NCBI GenBank assembly: GCA_024234215.1
Contig: JACKOQ010000005.1
Coordinates: 121,452-185,451 of the forward strand
DNA from: Pseudomonadales bacterium
GTDB taxonomy: Bacteria > Pseudomonadota > Gammaproteobacteria > Pseudomonadales > UBA5862
Length of the DNA: 64,000 nt
Direction: 5' to 3'
The translations under genes and the position numbers were made by a program. The notes beneath the pieces were generated by a model. That model had not been told where the DNA came from. It searched no databases and saw only the letters and a program-made list of their open reading frames with translations. Of this stretch, positions 1 to 10,809 are shown one piece after another; position 1 is the first letter of the stretch; the number at the start of each line of letters is the position of its first letter.

Positions 1-62
1 ATTGTTGCTTGACCTTGCTGGCGCATGCCCGCTCCTTTCAGCTTTCAGCCACTTTGCAATTC

Positions 63-656
63 ATGACTCCAACCAAGCCGACACTGCGCATTCTGGTGAT
101 CGACACCTCGCCGGCCCGCTCCAGTGCCCTGCTGCAGGCGTTGGAGTCGGCCGGCTATCAGGTGGTGGCACTGCTGCACAGTCACCAGCTGCTGCGCGAG
201 CAGATCGAACGCCATCAGCCCGATGTGATACTGATCGACATGGAGTCACCCGACCGCGACACCCTGGAATCGCTGCATGAGGTGCATTGCAACCAGCCGC
301 GACCGATCGTGATGTTCAGCGATGCCAATGACAGCGCGCTGATCGAAGCGGCGGTGCAGGCCGGCGTCAGCGCCTATGTGGTCGACGGCATGCAGCCGCA
401 TCGATTGCGCCCGATCATCGAAGTGGCCATCGCCCGCTTCCGCGAATTTCAGGCGCTGCGCGATGAACTGCAACAGACCCGCAACAAACTGGCCGAACGG
501 CGCGAGATCGAAAAGGCCAAGGGCATTCTGATGAAACAGAAAGGAATGGCCGAAGAGGAGGCCTACCAGGCGCTGCGCAAACTGGCGATGGACCAGGGAT
601 TGAAGATCGGCGAGGTGGCGCGCCAGTTGATCAGCATCGCCAAACTGCTGGGTTGA
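63..656 (+). CDS. nasT: ANTAR-domain response regulator (NasT-type nitrate/nitrite antiterminator)
   Basis: ORF 9..656 with ATG at 63 (MTPTKPTLRILVID). CheY-like receiver followed by an ANTAR-like C-terminus (EIEKAKGILM..EEEAYQALRKLAMDQ). Lies immediately upstream of the nas/nrt/nir cluster. Confidence 0.85.
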   Translation: MTPTKPTLRILVIDTSPARSSALLQALESAGYQVVALLHSHQLLREQIERHQPDVILIDMESPDRDTLESLHEVHCNQPRPIVMFSDANDSALIEAAVQAGVSAYVVDGMQPHRLRPIIEVAIARFREFQALRDELQQTRNKLAERREIEKAKGILMKQKGMAEEEAYQALRKLAMDQGLKIGEVARQLISIAKLLG

Positions 657-669
657 TGCACCAAAAGAC

Positions 670-686
670 GGCACCTGCACAGTGCA
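670..686. promoter_or_regulatory. candidate NtrC enhancer site
   Basis: GGCACC-N5-AGTGCA matches the NtrC consensus TGCACC-N5-GGTGCA at 10/12 positions. It lies about 120 bp upstream of the candidate sigma-54 promoter. Confidence 0.35.
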
Positions 687-789
687 CAGCCATATTGCTG
701 TGCGGCCACTTCGGCCGACACCCGCAAGGTCAGGAAGGCAATGCATTGATTTACGGGCATTTCAACTGAAAACCCATCTTTTACTAAGT

Positions 790-805
790 TGGCCTCCGTT
801 TTGCT
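790..805 (+). promoter_or_regulatory. candidate sigma-54 (-24/-12) promoter of the nas operon
   Basis: TGGCCT-ccgtt-TTGCT has GG-N10-GC spacing, as in the consensus TGGCAC-N5-TTGCW. The predicted transcription start is near 816, upstream of the ANTAR target hairpins. Confidence 0.45.
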
Positions 806-837
806 TTTGAAATGGCAGAGTGGATGGCACTCCGATT

Positions 838-888
838 GATCCAACGCAGGATCGACCACAGGAGCGCCAGCAGGCCAACGGCGGTCTG
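838..888 (+). promoter_or_regulatory. candidate ANTAR (NasT) RNA target: two stem-loops with AxxGxx hexaloops
   Basis: P1 is GATCC[AACGCA]GGATC at 838..853. P2 is CAGGCC[AACGGC]GGTCTG at 871..888. Both loops have A at position 1 and G at position 4, and the linker is 17 nt. Confidence 0.5.
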
Positions 889-954
889 ACCCAGCTCAAG
901 AATTGACAAAGGCGTCATCAAGCAGCGTTCGGCTGTCTTGCTGGCGCCTTTTTT
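864..954 (+). terminator. candidate leader terminator competing with ANTAR hairpin P2
   Basis: GCGCCAGCAGG (864..874) pairs over 11 bp (one G-U) with CTTGCTGGCGC (937..947). The helix is followed directly by C and T6 (949..954). The 5' arm overlaps the P2 stem at 871..874. Confidence 0.45.
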
Positions 955-987
955 CGTTCTGGACTTTTTATCTGGAGAGCCAACAAC

Positions 988-2283
988 GTGTCGACCGACC
1001 TGGAAAAACGCAGACTCAAGCTGGGATTCCTCCCACTGACCGACTGCGCGCCGCTGGTGGTCGCTCATGAGCTGGGTCTGTTCGAGGAGTTTGGCCTCGA
1101 GGTCGAGCTGGTCCGCGAGGCCTCCTGGGCCAGCCTCCGCGACAAGGTCGCCTTCGGCCTGCTCGATGGCGCGCAGATGCTGTCGAGCTTGCCGATTGCC
1201 ACCACCCTCGGCCTCGGCGGCATTCAGAAGACGATGCTGACCGGCTGCTGCCTCAGCCTCAACGGCAATGCCATCACCGTCTCGAACACCCTGTTCCAGC
1301 GACTGCTGGCCGTCGATGGCTCGACGTCGCAGAGCGATGCGGTCGACCATGGCTGGCGGTTGCGGCAGTTGATCGAGCGCGATCGGCAGGCCGGACGGCC
1401 ACCGCTGCGCTTTGCCCATGTCTTTCCCACCTCCAACCACCACTACCAGCTGCGTCACTGGCTGACCGCGGCCGGCATCGATCCCGATCGCGACCTGAGC
1501 CTGCTGGTGATTCCTCCGGCGCGCATGGTCGAGCATCTGCGCGATGGCAGCATCGATGGCTGCTGCGTCGGCGAACCCTGGGGTTCACTGGCGGTCTGCG
1601 AAGGAGTGGGCCAGCTGCTGACCAGCGGCCATGCCATCTGGAACAACAGCCCGGAGAAGGTGTTTGGGGTCACCGCGCAGTGGCACCAGCAGCATCCCGC
1701 CAGCCACCATGCGCTGCTGAAGGCGCTGCTGCTGGCCTGCGACTGGCTCGACCGTCCGCGCCACCGCAACGAGGCGGCGCAGCTTCTCGCCCGCCCGGAG
1801 TACGTGGATGCCCCGGCCGAAGTGCTGGAGATGGCGTTGACCGGCAATTTCCGCACCGGACAGCAGAAGAGCGCCCTGAATTGCGGCGACTTCATCGTCT
1901 TCAGCCGCTACGCCGCCAACTTTCCCTGGCTGAGCCATGCCGAATGGCTGCTGACGCAGATGTACCGCTGGGGACAGCTCGATCAGGCACTCGATCTGCG
2001 TGAACTCGCGGGGCAAGTCTATCGACCCGATCTGTTCCGCGCCGCCGCCACCGAATTGGGATTGCCGGTTCCGACCATCGATCGCAAGAGCGAGGGCAGC
2101 CATGCCGGCCACTGGATGCTGAGCGAAGCCTCCACACCGCTGCTGATGGGGCCAGACCAACTGATCGATGGCAGCCGCTTCGATCCTGCACAGCCGATCG
2201 CACAGCTGCTGACCCAGCCACCACCGGCACAGCTGCGGGTCGATCTGGCCGCACTGGCCGCACTCAACCACATCCCGCATTGA
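988..2283 (+). CDS. nasS: cytoplasmic NrtA-like nitrate/nitrite sensor (NasS-type partner of NasT)
   Basis: GTG start at 988 preceded by GGAGAG. No signal peptide. NMT1/NrtA-like periplasmic-binding fold ([22 protein letters not shown]..). Paralogous to the secreted NrtA encoded downstream. Confidence 0.8.
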   Translation: MSTDLEKRRLKLGFLPLTDCAPLVVAHELGLFEEFGLEVELVREASWASLRDKVAFGLLDGAQMLSSLPIATTLGLGGIQKTMLTGCCLSLNGNAITVSNTLFQRLLAVDGSTSQSDAVDHGWRLRQLIERDRQAGRPPLRFAHVFPTSNHHYQLRHWLTAAGIDPDRDLSLLVIPPARMVEHLRDGSIDGCCVGEPWGSLAVCEGVGQLLTSGHAIWNNSPEKVFGVTAQWHQQHPASHHALLKALLLACDWLDRPRHRNEAAQLLARPEYVDAPAEVLEMALTGNFRTGQQKSALNCGDFIVFSRYAANFPWLSHAEWLLTQMYRWGQLDQALDLRELAGQVYRPDLFRAAATELGLPVPTIDRKSEGSHAGHWMLSEASTPLLMGPDQLIDGSRFDPAQPIAQLLTQPPPAQLRVDLAALAALNHIPH

Positions 2284-2327
2284 GCAGCACACATCCGTTT
2301 TCCATCACCCTGCAAGGAGATCCATTG

Positions 2328-3716
2328 ATGTCCCGATCCAATCACCTCTCATCCCGCCCACTCTGGCAGCGGATCATCACCACGGTGGCACTGAGTGCAG
2401 CCGGCCTGCTGCCGGTCACGCTGGTAAGCGCCGCCGGTCCCGCCGCCGAGAAGAGCGAGCTGAAGTTCGGCTTCATCAAGCTGACCGACATGGCACCGCT
2501 GGCGGTGGCCTATGAGAAGCGCTATTTCGAGGATGAAGGCCTCTACGTCACCCTCGAACCCCAGGCCAACTGGAAAGTGCTGCTCGACCGGGTGATCGAT
2601 GGCCAGCTCGATGGCGCCCACATGCTGGCCGGGCAGCCGCTCGGCGCCTCGGTCGGCATCGGCACCAAGGCCGAGGTGATCACCGCCTTCAGCATGGACC
2701 TCAATGGCAATGGCATCACCCTCTCCAACGAGGTGTGGCAGAAGATGAAACCGGCGCTGCCGCTCGGCGCCGATGGCAAGCCGCTGCATCCGATCAAGGC
2801 CGACGCGCTGAAACCGGTGGTGGCCGAGTTCCGCGCCCAGGGCAAGCCGTTCAAGATGGGCATGGTGTTCCCGGTGTCGACCCACAACTACGAGCTGCGC
2901 TACTGGCTGGCCGCCGGCGGCATTCACCCGGGCTACTACAGCGCGAATGACCCAGCGGGTCTGACCAGTGCCGAGGTGCAACTGGCGGTGACGCCGCCGC
3001 CGCAGATGCCGGTCACCCTCGAAGCCGGCACCATCAATGGCTACTGCGTCGGTGAGCCCTGGAACCAGCAGGCGGTGTTCAAGGGCATCGGCGTGCCGGT
3101 GATCACCGACTACGAGATCTGGAAGAACAACCCTGAGAAGGTCTTTGGCGTCACCAAGACCTGGGCCGAGCAGAATCCGGTCACCCACAAGAAGGTGCTG
3201 AAGGCGCTGATTCGCGCCGCCATCTGGCTCGACGAGAACAACAACGCCAACCGCGCCGAAGCGGTGAAGATGCTGTCGCGTGCGGAATATGTCGGTGCGG
3301 ATGCAGCGGTGATCGCCAACAGCATGACCGGCACCTTCGAGTATGAGAAGGGCGACAAACGTGCCGTGCCCGACTTCAACGTCTTCTTCCGGCACCAGGC
3401 GACCTACCCCTTCTACTCCGACGCGATCTGGTACCTGACCCAGATGCGCCGCTGGGGCCAGATTGCCGAGCAGAAACCGGATGAGTGGTACGCGCAGACC
3501 GCCAAACAGGTCTATCGCCCCGATCTCTATCTGGCGGCGGCCAAGGAGCTGGTCAGCGAGGGCCATGCCAAGCAGGAAGATTTCCCCTGGAGCAGCGACG
3601 GCTACCGTCCCGCCCAGAGCGACTTCATCGATGGCGTGCGCTATGACGGCAAGCAGCCCAACGCCTACCTGGAGCAGTTCAAGATCGGACTCAAGGGCGC
3701 ACAGAGCGCGCAGTGA
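2328..3716 (+). CDS. nrtA: nitrate ABC transporter substrate-binding protein
   Basis: ATG at 2328 after AAGGAGA. Has an N-terminal signal sequence, then [28 protein letters not shown], which is typical of NrtA. Confidence 0.85.
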   Translation: MSRSNHLSSRPLWQRIITTVALSAAGLLPVTLVSAAGPAAEKSELKFGFIKLTDMAPLAVAYEKRYFEDEGLYVTLEPQANWKVLLDRVIDGQLDGAHMLAGQPLGASVGIGTKAEVITAFSMDLNGNGITLSNEVWQKMKPALPLGADGKPLHPIKADALKPVVAEFRAQGKPFKMGMVFPVSTHNYELRYWLAAGGIHPGYYSANDPAGLTSAEVQLAVTPPPQMPVTLEAGTINGYCVGEPWNQQAVFKGIGVPVITDYEIWKNNPEKVFGVTKTWAEQNPVTHKKVLKALIRAAIWLDENNNANRAEAVKMLSRAEYVGADAAVIANSMTGTFEYEKGDKRAVPDFNVFFRHQATYPFYSDAIWYLTQMRRWGQIAEQKPDEWYAQTAKQVYRPDLYLAAAKELVSEGHAKQEDFPWSSDGYRPAQSDFIDGVRYDGKQPNAYLEQFKIGLKGAQSAQ

Positions 3717-3831
3717 TCTGTACGGCGTCGGGGTGGCATGACCGCCACCCTGACCTCCGGAATGAATCGATCCACCCAAGCAAATCAGCCAATTTGCCCA
3801 ACCCAAGTCCAAAATGGCAGGAGTTTGAACC

Positions 3832-4854
3832 ATGACGGCACGCCTCGTTAGATTCTTCGACCTCATCGGTCTGCAGTTCATGGTCCCGATGACCCGGCTG
3901 GCCGCGGGCGAAAGCCCAAGGCAGCAGGCACGTGAGCTGTGGATGATGGTGGGTGTGCCGCTGGTGGCGCTCGGCATCTTCCTGCTGCTGTGGCACCTCG
4001 GCGCCGCGCGGATTCAGACCAGCCTCGGCACCATTCCCGGACCACTGCAGGTGTGGACGGAGTTCACCGGGCTGCTCGACGAGCACCGCGCCGAGCGCCT
4101 GCGTGAAACCGAATTCAAGCAGCGCCAGATCGAGCGCAACAAGGCACTGCTGGCCGAAAACCCGCAGGCCAAACCCGCCCCGCTGCGTGCCTACACCGGC
4201 AAGGCGACCTACCTCGACCAGATCGCGACCAGCCTGATGACGGTGTTCGCCGGTTTTCTGCTCGCCACCCTGCTGGCGGTGCCGATCGGCATCCTCTGCG
4301 GTCTCAGCCGGGTGATCAACTCGGCACTCAACCTGCTGATCCAGATTTTCAAACCGGTCTCGCCACTGGCCTGGCTGCCGATCGTCACCATCGTGGTCAG
4401 CGCGCTCTATACCAACACCTCGGGCGGCTGGATGTCGAAGTCCTTCATCGTCTCCTCGATCACCGTCACCCTCTGCTCGCTCTGGCCAACCCTGATCAAC
4501 ACCGCGATGGGGGTGGCCTCGATCGACAAGGATCTGATGAACGTCGGCCGCATGCTGCGCCTGAACTGGTTCACCCAGGTGCGCAAGATCGTCATGCCCT
4601 CGGCGCTGCCGCTGATCTTCACCGGCCTGCGGCTGTCGCTGGGGGTGGGCTGGATGGTGCTGATCGCCGCCGAGATGCTGGCGCAGAACCCGGGTCTTGG
4701 AAAATTCGTCTGGGATGAGTTCCAGAACGGCAGCTCGCAATCGCTGGGGCGGATCATGGTGGCGGTCTTCACCATCGGCATCATCGGCTTTGCGCTCGAT
4801 CGGCTGATGCTGACGCTGCAAAAGCTGTTCTCCTTCGGCCAGAACACCCCCTGA
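3832..4854 (+). CDS. nrtB: nitrate ABC transporter permease
   Basis: Multi-pass membrane ORF with a BPD-transporter type permease core, located between nrtA and the ATPase gene. Confidence 0.9.
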   Translation: MTARLVRFFDLIGLQFMVPMTRLAAGESPRQQARELWMMVGVPLVALGIFLLLWHLGAARIQTSLGTIPGPLQVWTEFTGLLDEHRAERLRETEFKQRQIERNKALLAENPQAKPAPLRAYTGKATYLDQIATSLMTVFAGFLLATLLAVPIGILCGLSRVINSALNLLIQIFKPVSPLAWLPIVTIVVSALYTNTSGGWMSKSFIVSSITVTLCSLWPTLINTAMGVASIDKDLMNVGRMLRLNWFTQVRKIVMPSALPLIFTGLRLSLGVGWMVLIAAEMLAQNPGLGKFVWDEFQNGSSQSLGRIMVAVFTIGIIGFALDRLMLTLQKLFSFGQNTP

Positions 4855-4882
4855 ACCGACACATCCAGCGGAAGCAACCACC

Positions 4883-6556
4883 ATGTCACTGCTCAATCTG
4901 CGCAACATCAGCAAGAGTTTCGGCACCGGCAGCCAGAAGAGCGAGGTGCTCAAACAGATCAACCTCAGCATCGACGAGGGGGAGTTCGTCGCCATCGTCG
5001 GCTTCTCCGGCAGCGGCAAGAGCACGCTGATCAACACCATCGCCGGGCTGATCTTCCCCGACAGCGGCGAGGCACTGGTCCGCGACGAGAAAATCCGTGG
5101 CCCCGGCCCTGAGCGCGGCATGGTGTTTCAGAGCTACTCGCTGATGCCGTGGCTCAGCGTCTATGACAACGTCGCGCTGGCCGTCAACCAGGTGCACAGG
5201 AGCTGGTCAAAGGCGCAACGCGACGCCCACATCCGCAAGTACATCGCTCTGGTCAACCTGACGCCAGCCACCGAAAAACGGCCGGCCGAGCTCTCCGGCG
5301 GCATGCGCCAGCGGGTCGCCGTGGCGCGGGCACTGGCCGCCAGCCCCGACATCCTGCTGCTCGATGAACCGCTGTCGGCGCTCGATGCCCTGACCCGCGG
5401 CAATCTGCAAGAGGAGATCCTGCGCATCTGGGAAGAGGAGAAGAAGACCGTCATCCTGATCACCAACGATGTCGACGAAGGGCTGCTGATGGCCGACCGG
5501 GTGATTCCGCTGACGCTGGGCCCCGGCGCCACCTTCGGCCCCGAGTTCGTCGTCGACCTGCCGCGGCCGCGCGACCGCGTCGAGATGAACCACAACGCCC
5601 GCTTCAAGGCGCTGCGTGGTGAAATCACCCAGTACCTGCTCGCGCTCGGCCAGGGCAAGCAGGAACAGGGCAGTCGCAACGAGATCCAGCTGCCGCCGGT
5701 GCGCCCCAACACCAGCAACGACTTTGCCCGTGACCTGTCGACGCTGAAAGAGAGCCCACGCAACCTCGGTCAGGCGCGTTACCTCGAATTCGCCAACCTC
5801 AGCAAGATCTACCCGACTCCGAAGGGGCCGGTGGCGGTGGTCAAGGGGTTCGACCTGCTGATGAAGAAAGGAGAGTTCGTCTCCATCATCGGCCACTCCG
5901 GCTGCGGCAAGTCGACCGTGCTGTCGATGGCGGCCGGGCTCAATGACATCAGCGAAGGCGGCATCGTGCTCGATGGCAAGGAGATCGACGGCGCCGGCCC
6001 CGACCGCGCGGTGGTGTTCCAGGCCCCCAGTCTGTTCCCCTGGATGAGCGCCTTCGACAATGTCGCGCTCGGCGTCGAGCAGGTCTATCCCCATGCCACA
6101 CCGAATGAGCGCGACGACATCGTCGAGTACTACCTGACCCGTGTCGGATTGGCCAATTCGATGCACAAGCGCGCCAGCGAGCTTTCCGGCGGCATGAAGC
6201 AGCGGGTCGGCATCGCTCGCGCCTTTGCCCTCTCGCCCAAGCTGCTGTTGCTGGATGAGCCCTTCGGCATGCTCGATTCGCTGACCCGCTGGGAGCTGCA
6301 GGAGGTGCTGATGGAGGTGTGGAGCCGTGCCCAGCTCACCGCCATCATGATCACCCACGATGTCGACGAAGCCATTCTGCTCGGCGACCGGGTGGTGATG
6401 ATGACCAACGGCCCCGAGGCCCGCGTCGGCAAAATTCTCGAAGTCGACCTGCCCCGACCGCGCAGCCGGCGCGAACTGCTGAGCCATCCCCGTTATTACG
6501 AACTGCGTGAATCGCTGATCCAGTTTCTGGCCGAGTGTGACCATGCCAGACATTGA
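4883..6556 (+). CDS. nitrate ABC transporter ATP-binding protein with two fused ATPase domains (NrtC/NrtD-like)
   Basis: Two complete ABC cassettes in one 557-aa ORF. Walker A occurs as GFSGSGKST and GHSGCGKST. The signature motif occurs as LSGGMRQR and LSGGMKQR. Confidence 0.85.
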   Translation: MSLLNLRNISKSFGTGSQKSEVLKQINLSIDEGEFVAIVGFSGSGKSTLINTIAGLIFPDSGEALVRDEKIRGPGPERGMVFQSYSLMPWLSVYDNVALAVNQVHRSWSKAQRDAHIRKYIALVNLTPATEKRPAELSGGMRQRVAVARALAASPDILLLDEPLSALDALTRGNLQEEILRIWEEEKKTVILITNDVDEGLLMADRVIPLTLGPGATFGPEFVVDLPRPRDRVEMNHNARFKALRGEITQYLLALGQGKQEQGSRNEIQLPPVRPNTSNDFARDLSTLKESPRNLGQARYLEFANLSKIYPTPKGPVAVVKGFDLLMKKGEFVSIIGHSGCGKSTVLSMAAGLNDISEGGIVLDGKEIDGAGPDRAVVFQAPSLFPWMSAFDNVALGVEQVYPHATPNERDDIVEYYLTRVGLANSMHKRASELSGGMKQRVGIARAFALSPKLLLLDEPFGMLDSLTRWELQEVLMEVWSRAQLTAIMITHDVDEAILLGDRVVMMTNGPEARVGKILEVDLPRPRSRRELLSHPRYYELRESLIQFLAECDHARH

Positions 6557-6604
6557 TCGAACCATTCCATCACATCACGCCTGCACAACCATCGGAGCAG
6601 AGCC

Positions 6605-9154
6605 ATGAAAAAACAGAACCTCGTCGTCATCGGCAATGGCATGGTCGGGCAGAAGCTGCTCGATCAGCTGGCTGAATCGGGTGCGACGGCGCGCTACGCC
6701 ATCACCGTGCTGTGCGAGGAGCCCCGCCCGGCCTATGACCGGGTGCAGCTCACCGCCTACTTCTCCGGCAGCAGCGCCGCCGATCTGGCGCTGGTCGAGC
6801 AGACCTTCTTCGACACCCATGGCATTGCCCTGCAGCTCAACTGCCGCAGTGTCGCCATCGACCGCGACAAGCGGCAGGTGCACAGTGCCGCGGGCGCCTG
6901 CTTCGACTATGACAAGCTGGTGCTGGCCACCGGCTCCTACCCCTTCGTGCCACCGATTCCGGGCCATGACCGTGACGGCTGCTACGTCTATCGCACCATC
7001 GAGGATCTCGACGCGATCCGGCAGGGGGCCAGTGGCCGCAGCAGCGGCGTGGTGGTCGGCGGCGGATTGCTCGGCCTCGAAGCGGCCAAGGCATTGAAAG
7101 ATCTCGGCCTCAAGACCCATGTCGTCGAGTTCGCGCCACGGCTGATGGCGGTGCAGGTCGATGAAGGCGGCGGCCGCATCCTGCGTGGCAAGATCGAGGC
7201 GCTCGGGGTGACCGTCCACACCGAGAAGAACACCCAGGAGATCGTCGATGGCAGCGGCATGCGCCACCGGATGCGCTTCGTCGATGGCAGCGAGCTCGAA
7301 AGCGACCTGATCGTCTTCTCCGCCGGCATCCGTCCGCGCGACGAACTGGCACGCCAGGCCGGCCTTGAAGTCGGTCCACGCGGCGGCGTGGTGATCAACG
7401 ACTGGTGCCAGACCTCCGACCCCAATATCTACGCCATCGGCGAGGTGGCGCTGTGGGATGGCCGCATCTTCGGTCTGGTGGCACCGGGCTACCAGATGGC
7501 GCGGGTCGCAGCCAGCCACCTGCAGGGCAGCGAGGTGGTCGCCTTCACCGGCGCCGACATGAGCACCAAGCTCAAGCTGATGGGGGTCGATGTCGCCAGC
7601 ATCGGCGATGCCCACGCCCGCACCCCGGGTGCGCGCAGCTACACCTACATCGACGAAGCCAAGGAGATCTACAAACGCATCATCGTCAGCGGTGATGGCA
7701 AGAAGCTGCTCGGCAGCGTGCTGGTCGGTAACAGCGATGAGTATGGAACGCTGTTGCAGCAGGTGCTGAACGACATTCCGCTGCCGGAGAACCCCGACCA
7801 GCTGATTCTGCCCAGTTACGACGGCAGTGCCGCCAAGGGCCTCGGCGTCGACGCCCTGCCCGACAGCGCCCAGATCTGCTCCTGCAACAATGTCTCCAAG
7901 GGCGCGCTGTGCGGTGCCATTGCCGGCGGCGGGGTGACACTGGCCGAGCTCAAGGCCACCACCAAGGCGGCCACCAGTTGCGGTGGTTGCAGTGCGCTGG
8001 TCACCCAGGTGCTCAATGCCGAACTGGTCAAGCAGGGCATCGAGGTCAAGCGCGACCTCTGCGAGCACTTCCCCTACTCGCGCCAGGAGCTCTACCACCT
8101 GGTGCGGGTCGGCGAGATCCGCTCGTTCAGGGCGCTGATCGGCAAACATGGCCGCGGCCTCGGCTGCGACATCTGCAAGCCGGTGGTGGCGTCGATTCTC
8201 GCCTCCTGCTGGAACGACCATGTGCTCGATGGCCAGCACGCCGTGCTGCAGGACACTAACGACTACTATCTGGCCAACATGCAGAAGGATGGCAGCTACT
8301 CGGTGGTGCCACGGGTGGCCGGTGGCGAGATCACTCCGGACAAACTGGTGGCGATCGGTCAGGTGGCAATGAAGTATGACCTCTACACCAAGATTACCGG
8401 CGGCCAGCGCATCGACCTGTTCGGTGCCCGTGTCGAGCAGTTGCCGCTGATCTGGAAAGATCTGATCGAAGCCGGCTTCGAATCGGGCCATGCCTACGGC
8501 AAGGCGCTGCGCACGGTGAAATCCTGCGTCGGCAGCACCTGGTGCCGCTATGGAATGCAGGACAGCGTCGGCATGGCGATTCTGGTCGAGAACCGCTACA
8601 AGGGGCTGCGCGCGCCGCACAAGCTGAAGATGGCGGTCTCCGGCTGCACCCGCGAATGCGCCGAGGCCCAGAGCAAGGATGTCGGCGTCATCGCCACCGA
8701 ACGCGGCTGGAGCCTCTACCTCTGCGGCAATGGCGGCATGAAACCCCGTCACGCCGACCTGTTCGCCACCGATCTGGACGACGCCGCGCTGCTGCGCGCC
8801 ATCGACCGCTTCCTGATGTTCTACATCCGCACCGCCGACCGGTTGCAGCGCACCTCGGTCTGGATGGACAACCTCGAAGGCGGCATCGACTACCTGAGGG
8901 CAGTGATTCTCGATGACAGCCTCGGCATTGGTGCCGAGCTGGAGCAGCAGATGCAGCTGATCATCGACACCTACCAGTGTGAATGGAAGAGCGCAGTCGA
9001 GGATCCAGCCAAACTCAAACGCTTCCGCCACTTCGTCAACAGCGATGCCGGCGACAGCAACATCCGCTTCGTGCAGGAGCGCGGGCAGAAACGTCCGATC
9101 AGCGAGCGCGAGCGCAACCTCGAAAACAAACCCAGGATCAAACTGGTCCAATGA
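6605..9154 (+). CDS. nirB: NAD(P)H-dependent assimilatory nitrite reductase large subunit
   Basis: 849 aa. FAD/NAD Rossmann N-terminus (VVIGNGMVG), a BFD-like 2Fe-2S segment (CSCNNVSKG) and a sulfite/nitrite reductase siroheme domain. Confidence 0.95.
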   Translation: MKKQNLVVIGNGMVGQKLLDQLAESGATARYAITVLCEEPRPAYDRVQLTAYFSGSSAADLALVEQTFFDTHGIALQLNCRSVAIDRDKRQVHSAAGACFDYDKLVLATGSYPFVPPIPGHDRDGCYVYRTIEDLDAIRQGASGRSSGVVVGGGLLGLEAAKALKDLGLKTHVVEFAPRLMAVQVDEGGGRILRGKIEALGVTVHTEKNTQEIVDGSGMRHRMRFVDGSELESDLIVFSAGIRPRDELARQAGLEVGPRGGVVINDWCQTSDPNIYAIGEVALWDGRIFGLVAPGYQMARVAASHLQGSEVVAFTGADMSTKLKLMGVDVASIGDAHARTPGARSYTYIDEAKEIYKRIIVSGDGKKLLGSVLVGNSDEYGTLLQQVLNDIPLPENPDQLILPSYDGSAAKGLGVDALPDSAQICSCNNVSKGALCGAIAGGGVTLAELKATTKAATSCGGCSALVTQVLNAELVKQGIEVKRDLCEHFPYSRQELYHLVRVGEIRSFRALIGKHGRGLGCDICKPVVASILASCWNDHVLDGQHAVLQDTNDYYLANMQKDGSYSVVPRVAGGEITPDKLVAIGQVAMKYDLYTKITGGQRIDLFGARVEQLPLIWKDLIEAGFESGHAYGKALRTVKSCVGSTWCRYGMQDSVGMAILVENRYKGLRAPHKLKMAVSGCTRECAEAQSKDVGVIATERGWSLYLCGNGGMKPRHADLFATDLDDAALLRAIDRFLMFYIRTADRLQRTSVWMDNLEGGIDYLRAVILDDSLGIGAELEQQMQLIIDTYQCEWKSAVEDPAKLKRFRHFVNSDAGDSNIRFVQERGQKRPISERERNLENKPRIKLVQ

Positions 9155-9519
9155 GCATCCACACCATGAGCACCCCCCTCTCCCAACAGTGGCATCCAGT
9201 CTGCCCACTGGAAGAAATTCTGCCCGACAGCGGCATCTGTGCCGCGATCGATCAACGGCAGATCGCCCTCTTCCGCGTCGGTGACGGCAGCGACCTGTAT
9301 GCCCTCGACAACTACGATCCGATCGGCAAGGCCAACGTGCTCTCCCGCGGGCTGGTCGGCGACCTGCGCGGCACCCTGGTGGTGGCCTCGCCGCTCTACA
9401 AGCAGCACTTCAGCCTGGCCAGCGGCCGCTGTCTCGAACAGGAGGAGGTGGCAGTCGCCACCTATCCGGTGCGGGTCAACGACGGTTGGGTCGAAGTGGC
9501 GTTGACCACGGCGGAATGA
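9151..9519 (+). CDS. nirD: nitrite reductase small subunit
   Basis: ATG at 9151 overlaps the nirB stop (ATGA). Rieske-like NirD fold (ICAAIDQRQIALFRV..ASPLYKQHFSL). Confidence 0.9.
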   Translation: MSIHTMSTPLSQQWHPVCPLEEILPDSGICAAIDQRQIALFRVGDGSDLYALDNYDPIGKANVLSRGLVGDLRGTLVVASPLYKQHFSLASGRCLEQEEVAVATYPVRVNDGWVEVALTTAE

Positions 9520-9535
9520 CGGGGAGCTACCAACG

Positions 9536-10780
9536 ATGCAACCGGAACGTCTGATCATCATCGGCAATGGCATGGTCGGCAGCCGCCTGCTGGAGGAGCT
9601 GCTCAAGCGTGACCGCGATCGCTACCACATCACCCTGTTCGGCGCCGAACCCCACGTCGCCTACAACCGCATCCTGCTCTCCTCGCTGCTTGCCGGCGAC
9701 AAGAGCGAGGCGCAGATCATGTTCCATGACCGGAGCTGGTACCAGCAGCAACAGATCACGCTGCATCTGGGTGAGACCGTCACCACCATCGACCCGATCA
9801 AGCACCTTGTGCGCAGTGACCGCGGCACCTGCCTGCACTACGACAAGCTGGTGCTGGCAACCGGCTCCAGGCCCATGGTTCCGCCGATTCCCGGCCATGA
9901 TCTGCCCGGCGTCATCGCGCTGCGCACGCTCGATGACACCCGCAGACTGCTCGATGCCTGCACAGATCGGCGCCATGCGGTGGTGATCGGCGGCGGTCTG
10001 CTTGGCCTGGAGACCGCCCATGGCCTGTTGCGCCAGGGCATGGCGGTGACGGTGGTGCACAACAGCACCCATCTGATGAACCGACAGCTCGACGAAACGG
10101 CCGCACGACTGCTGCAGGGCCATCTCGAACAGCAGGGCATCCGCTTCATGCTGAATGCCGACACCCGTGTCATCGAGGGCGATCCACTGCAAGGCGTCAG
10201 TGGAGTGGCCTTTGCCGATGGCAGCCGCATCGATGCCGATCTGGTGGTGATGGCGATCGGCATTCGACCCAATGTCGATCTGGCCCGCCAGACCGGTCTC
10301 GCCATCGGCCGTGGCATCACCGTCGATAGCCAACTGCGTAGCTCCGACCCGGCCATCTTCGCCGTCGGCGAGTGCGTCGAACTGCATGGCGAACTGTTCG
10401 GACTGGTGGCGCCGCTCTATCAGCAGGCCCGCGCGCTGGCCGAACATCTGACTGGCGGCAGTGACGACCACTTCGTTCCAGCGGCCACCTCGACCCAGCT
10501 CAAGGTGACCGGCGTCGACCTCTTCTCGGCCGGAGATTTCACCGAGAGCACACAACGGCAGACGCTGCTCTACTCCGACCTGGCCTGCGGCATCTACAAG
10601 AAACTGGTGCTGCAGGATGATCGACTGATCGGCGCCGTCCTCCATGGTGCCGTGAAGGATGGCAACTGGTACTTCGATCTGATCCAAAACGGCACATCGG
10701 TGGCCGGGCTGCGTGAGCTGCTGATCTTCGGCAGCGCCTTCTGCGCCCAGGAGGGCGCCGGCACGCTGCAGGCCGCCTGA
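9536..10780 (+). CDS. FAD-dependent pyridine nucleotide-disulfide oxidoreductase, probable NAD(P)H electron-transfer subunit of assimilatory nitrate reductase
   Basis: 414 aa resembling the NirB N-terminal flavoprotein module (IIIGNGMVGSRLLEEL) without a siroheme domain. Lies directly upstream of nasA. Confidence 0.75.
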   Translation: MQPERLIIIGNGMVGSRLLEELLKRDRDRYHITLFGAEPHVAYNRILLSSLLAGDKSEAQIMFHDRSWYQQQQITLHLGETVTTIDPIKHLVRSDRGTCLHYDKLVLATGSRPMVPPIPGHDLPGVIALRTLDDTRRLLDACTDRRHAVVIGGGLLGLETAHGLLRQGMAVTVVHNSTHLMNRQLDETAARLLQGHLEQQGIRFMLNADTRVIEGDPLQGVSGVAFADGSRIDADLVVMAIGIRPNVDLARQTGLAIGRGITVDSQLRSSDPAIFAVGECVELHGELFGLVAPLYQQARALAEHLTGGSDDHFVPAATSTQLKVTGVDLFSAGDFTESTQRQTLLYSDLACGIYKKLVLQDDRLIGAVLHGAVKDGNWYFDLIQNGTSVAGLRELLIFGSAFCAQEGAGTLQAA

Positions 10781-10809
10781 AGCTGACATGGCAATCCGCG
10801 GGAGCCATC

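Noticed and set aside
6575-9208. Very long antisense ORFs opposite well-supported genes. Examples: 2349..3977, 6575..9208, 11113..13047, 16938..18905, 31500..32912, 39518..41152, 52693..53571, 58955..60664.
   Set aside because: They mirror genes with clear family signatures. Their translations are low-complexity Arg/Gly/Ala/His/Asp-rich strings without motifs. Such shadow ORFs are expected in DNA of about 65 percent GC.
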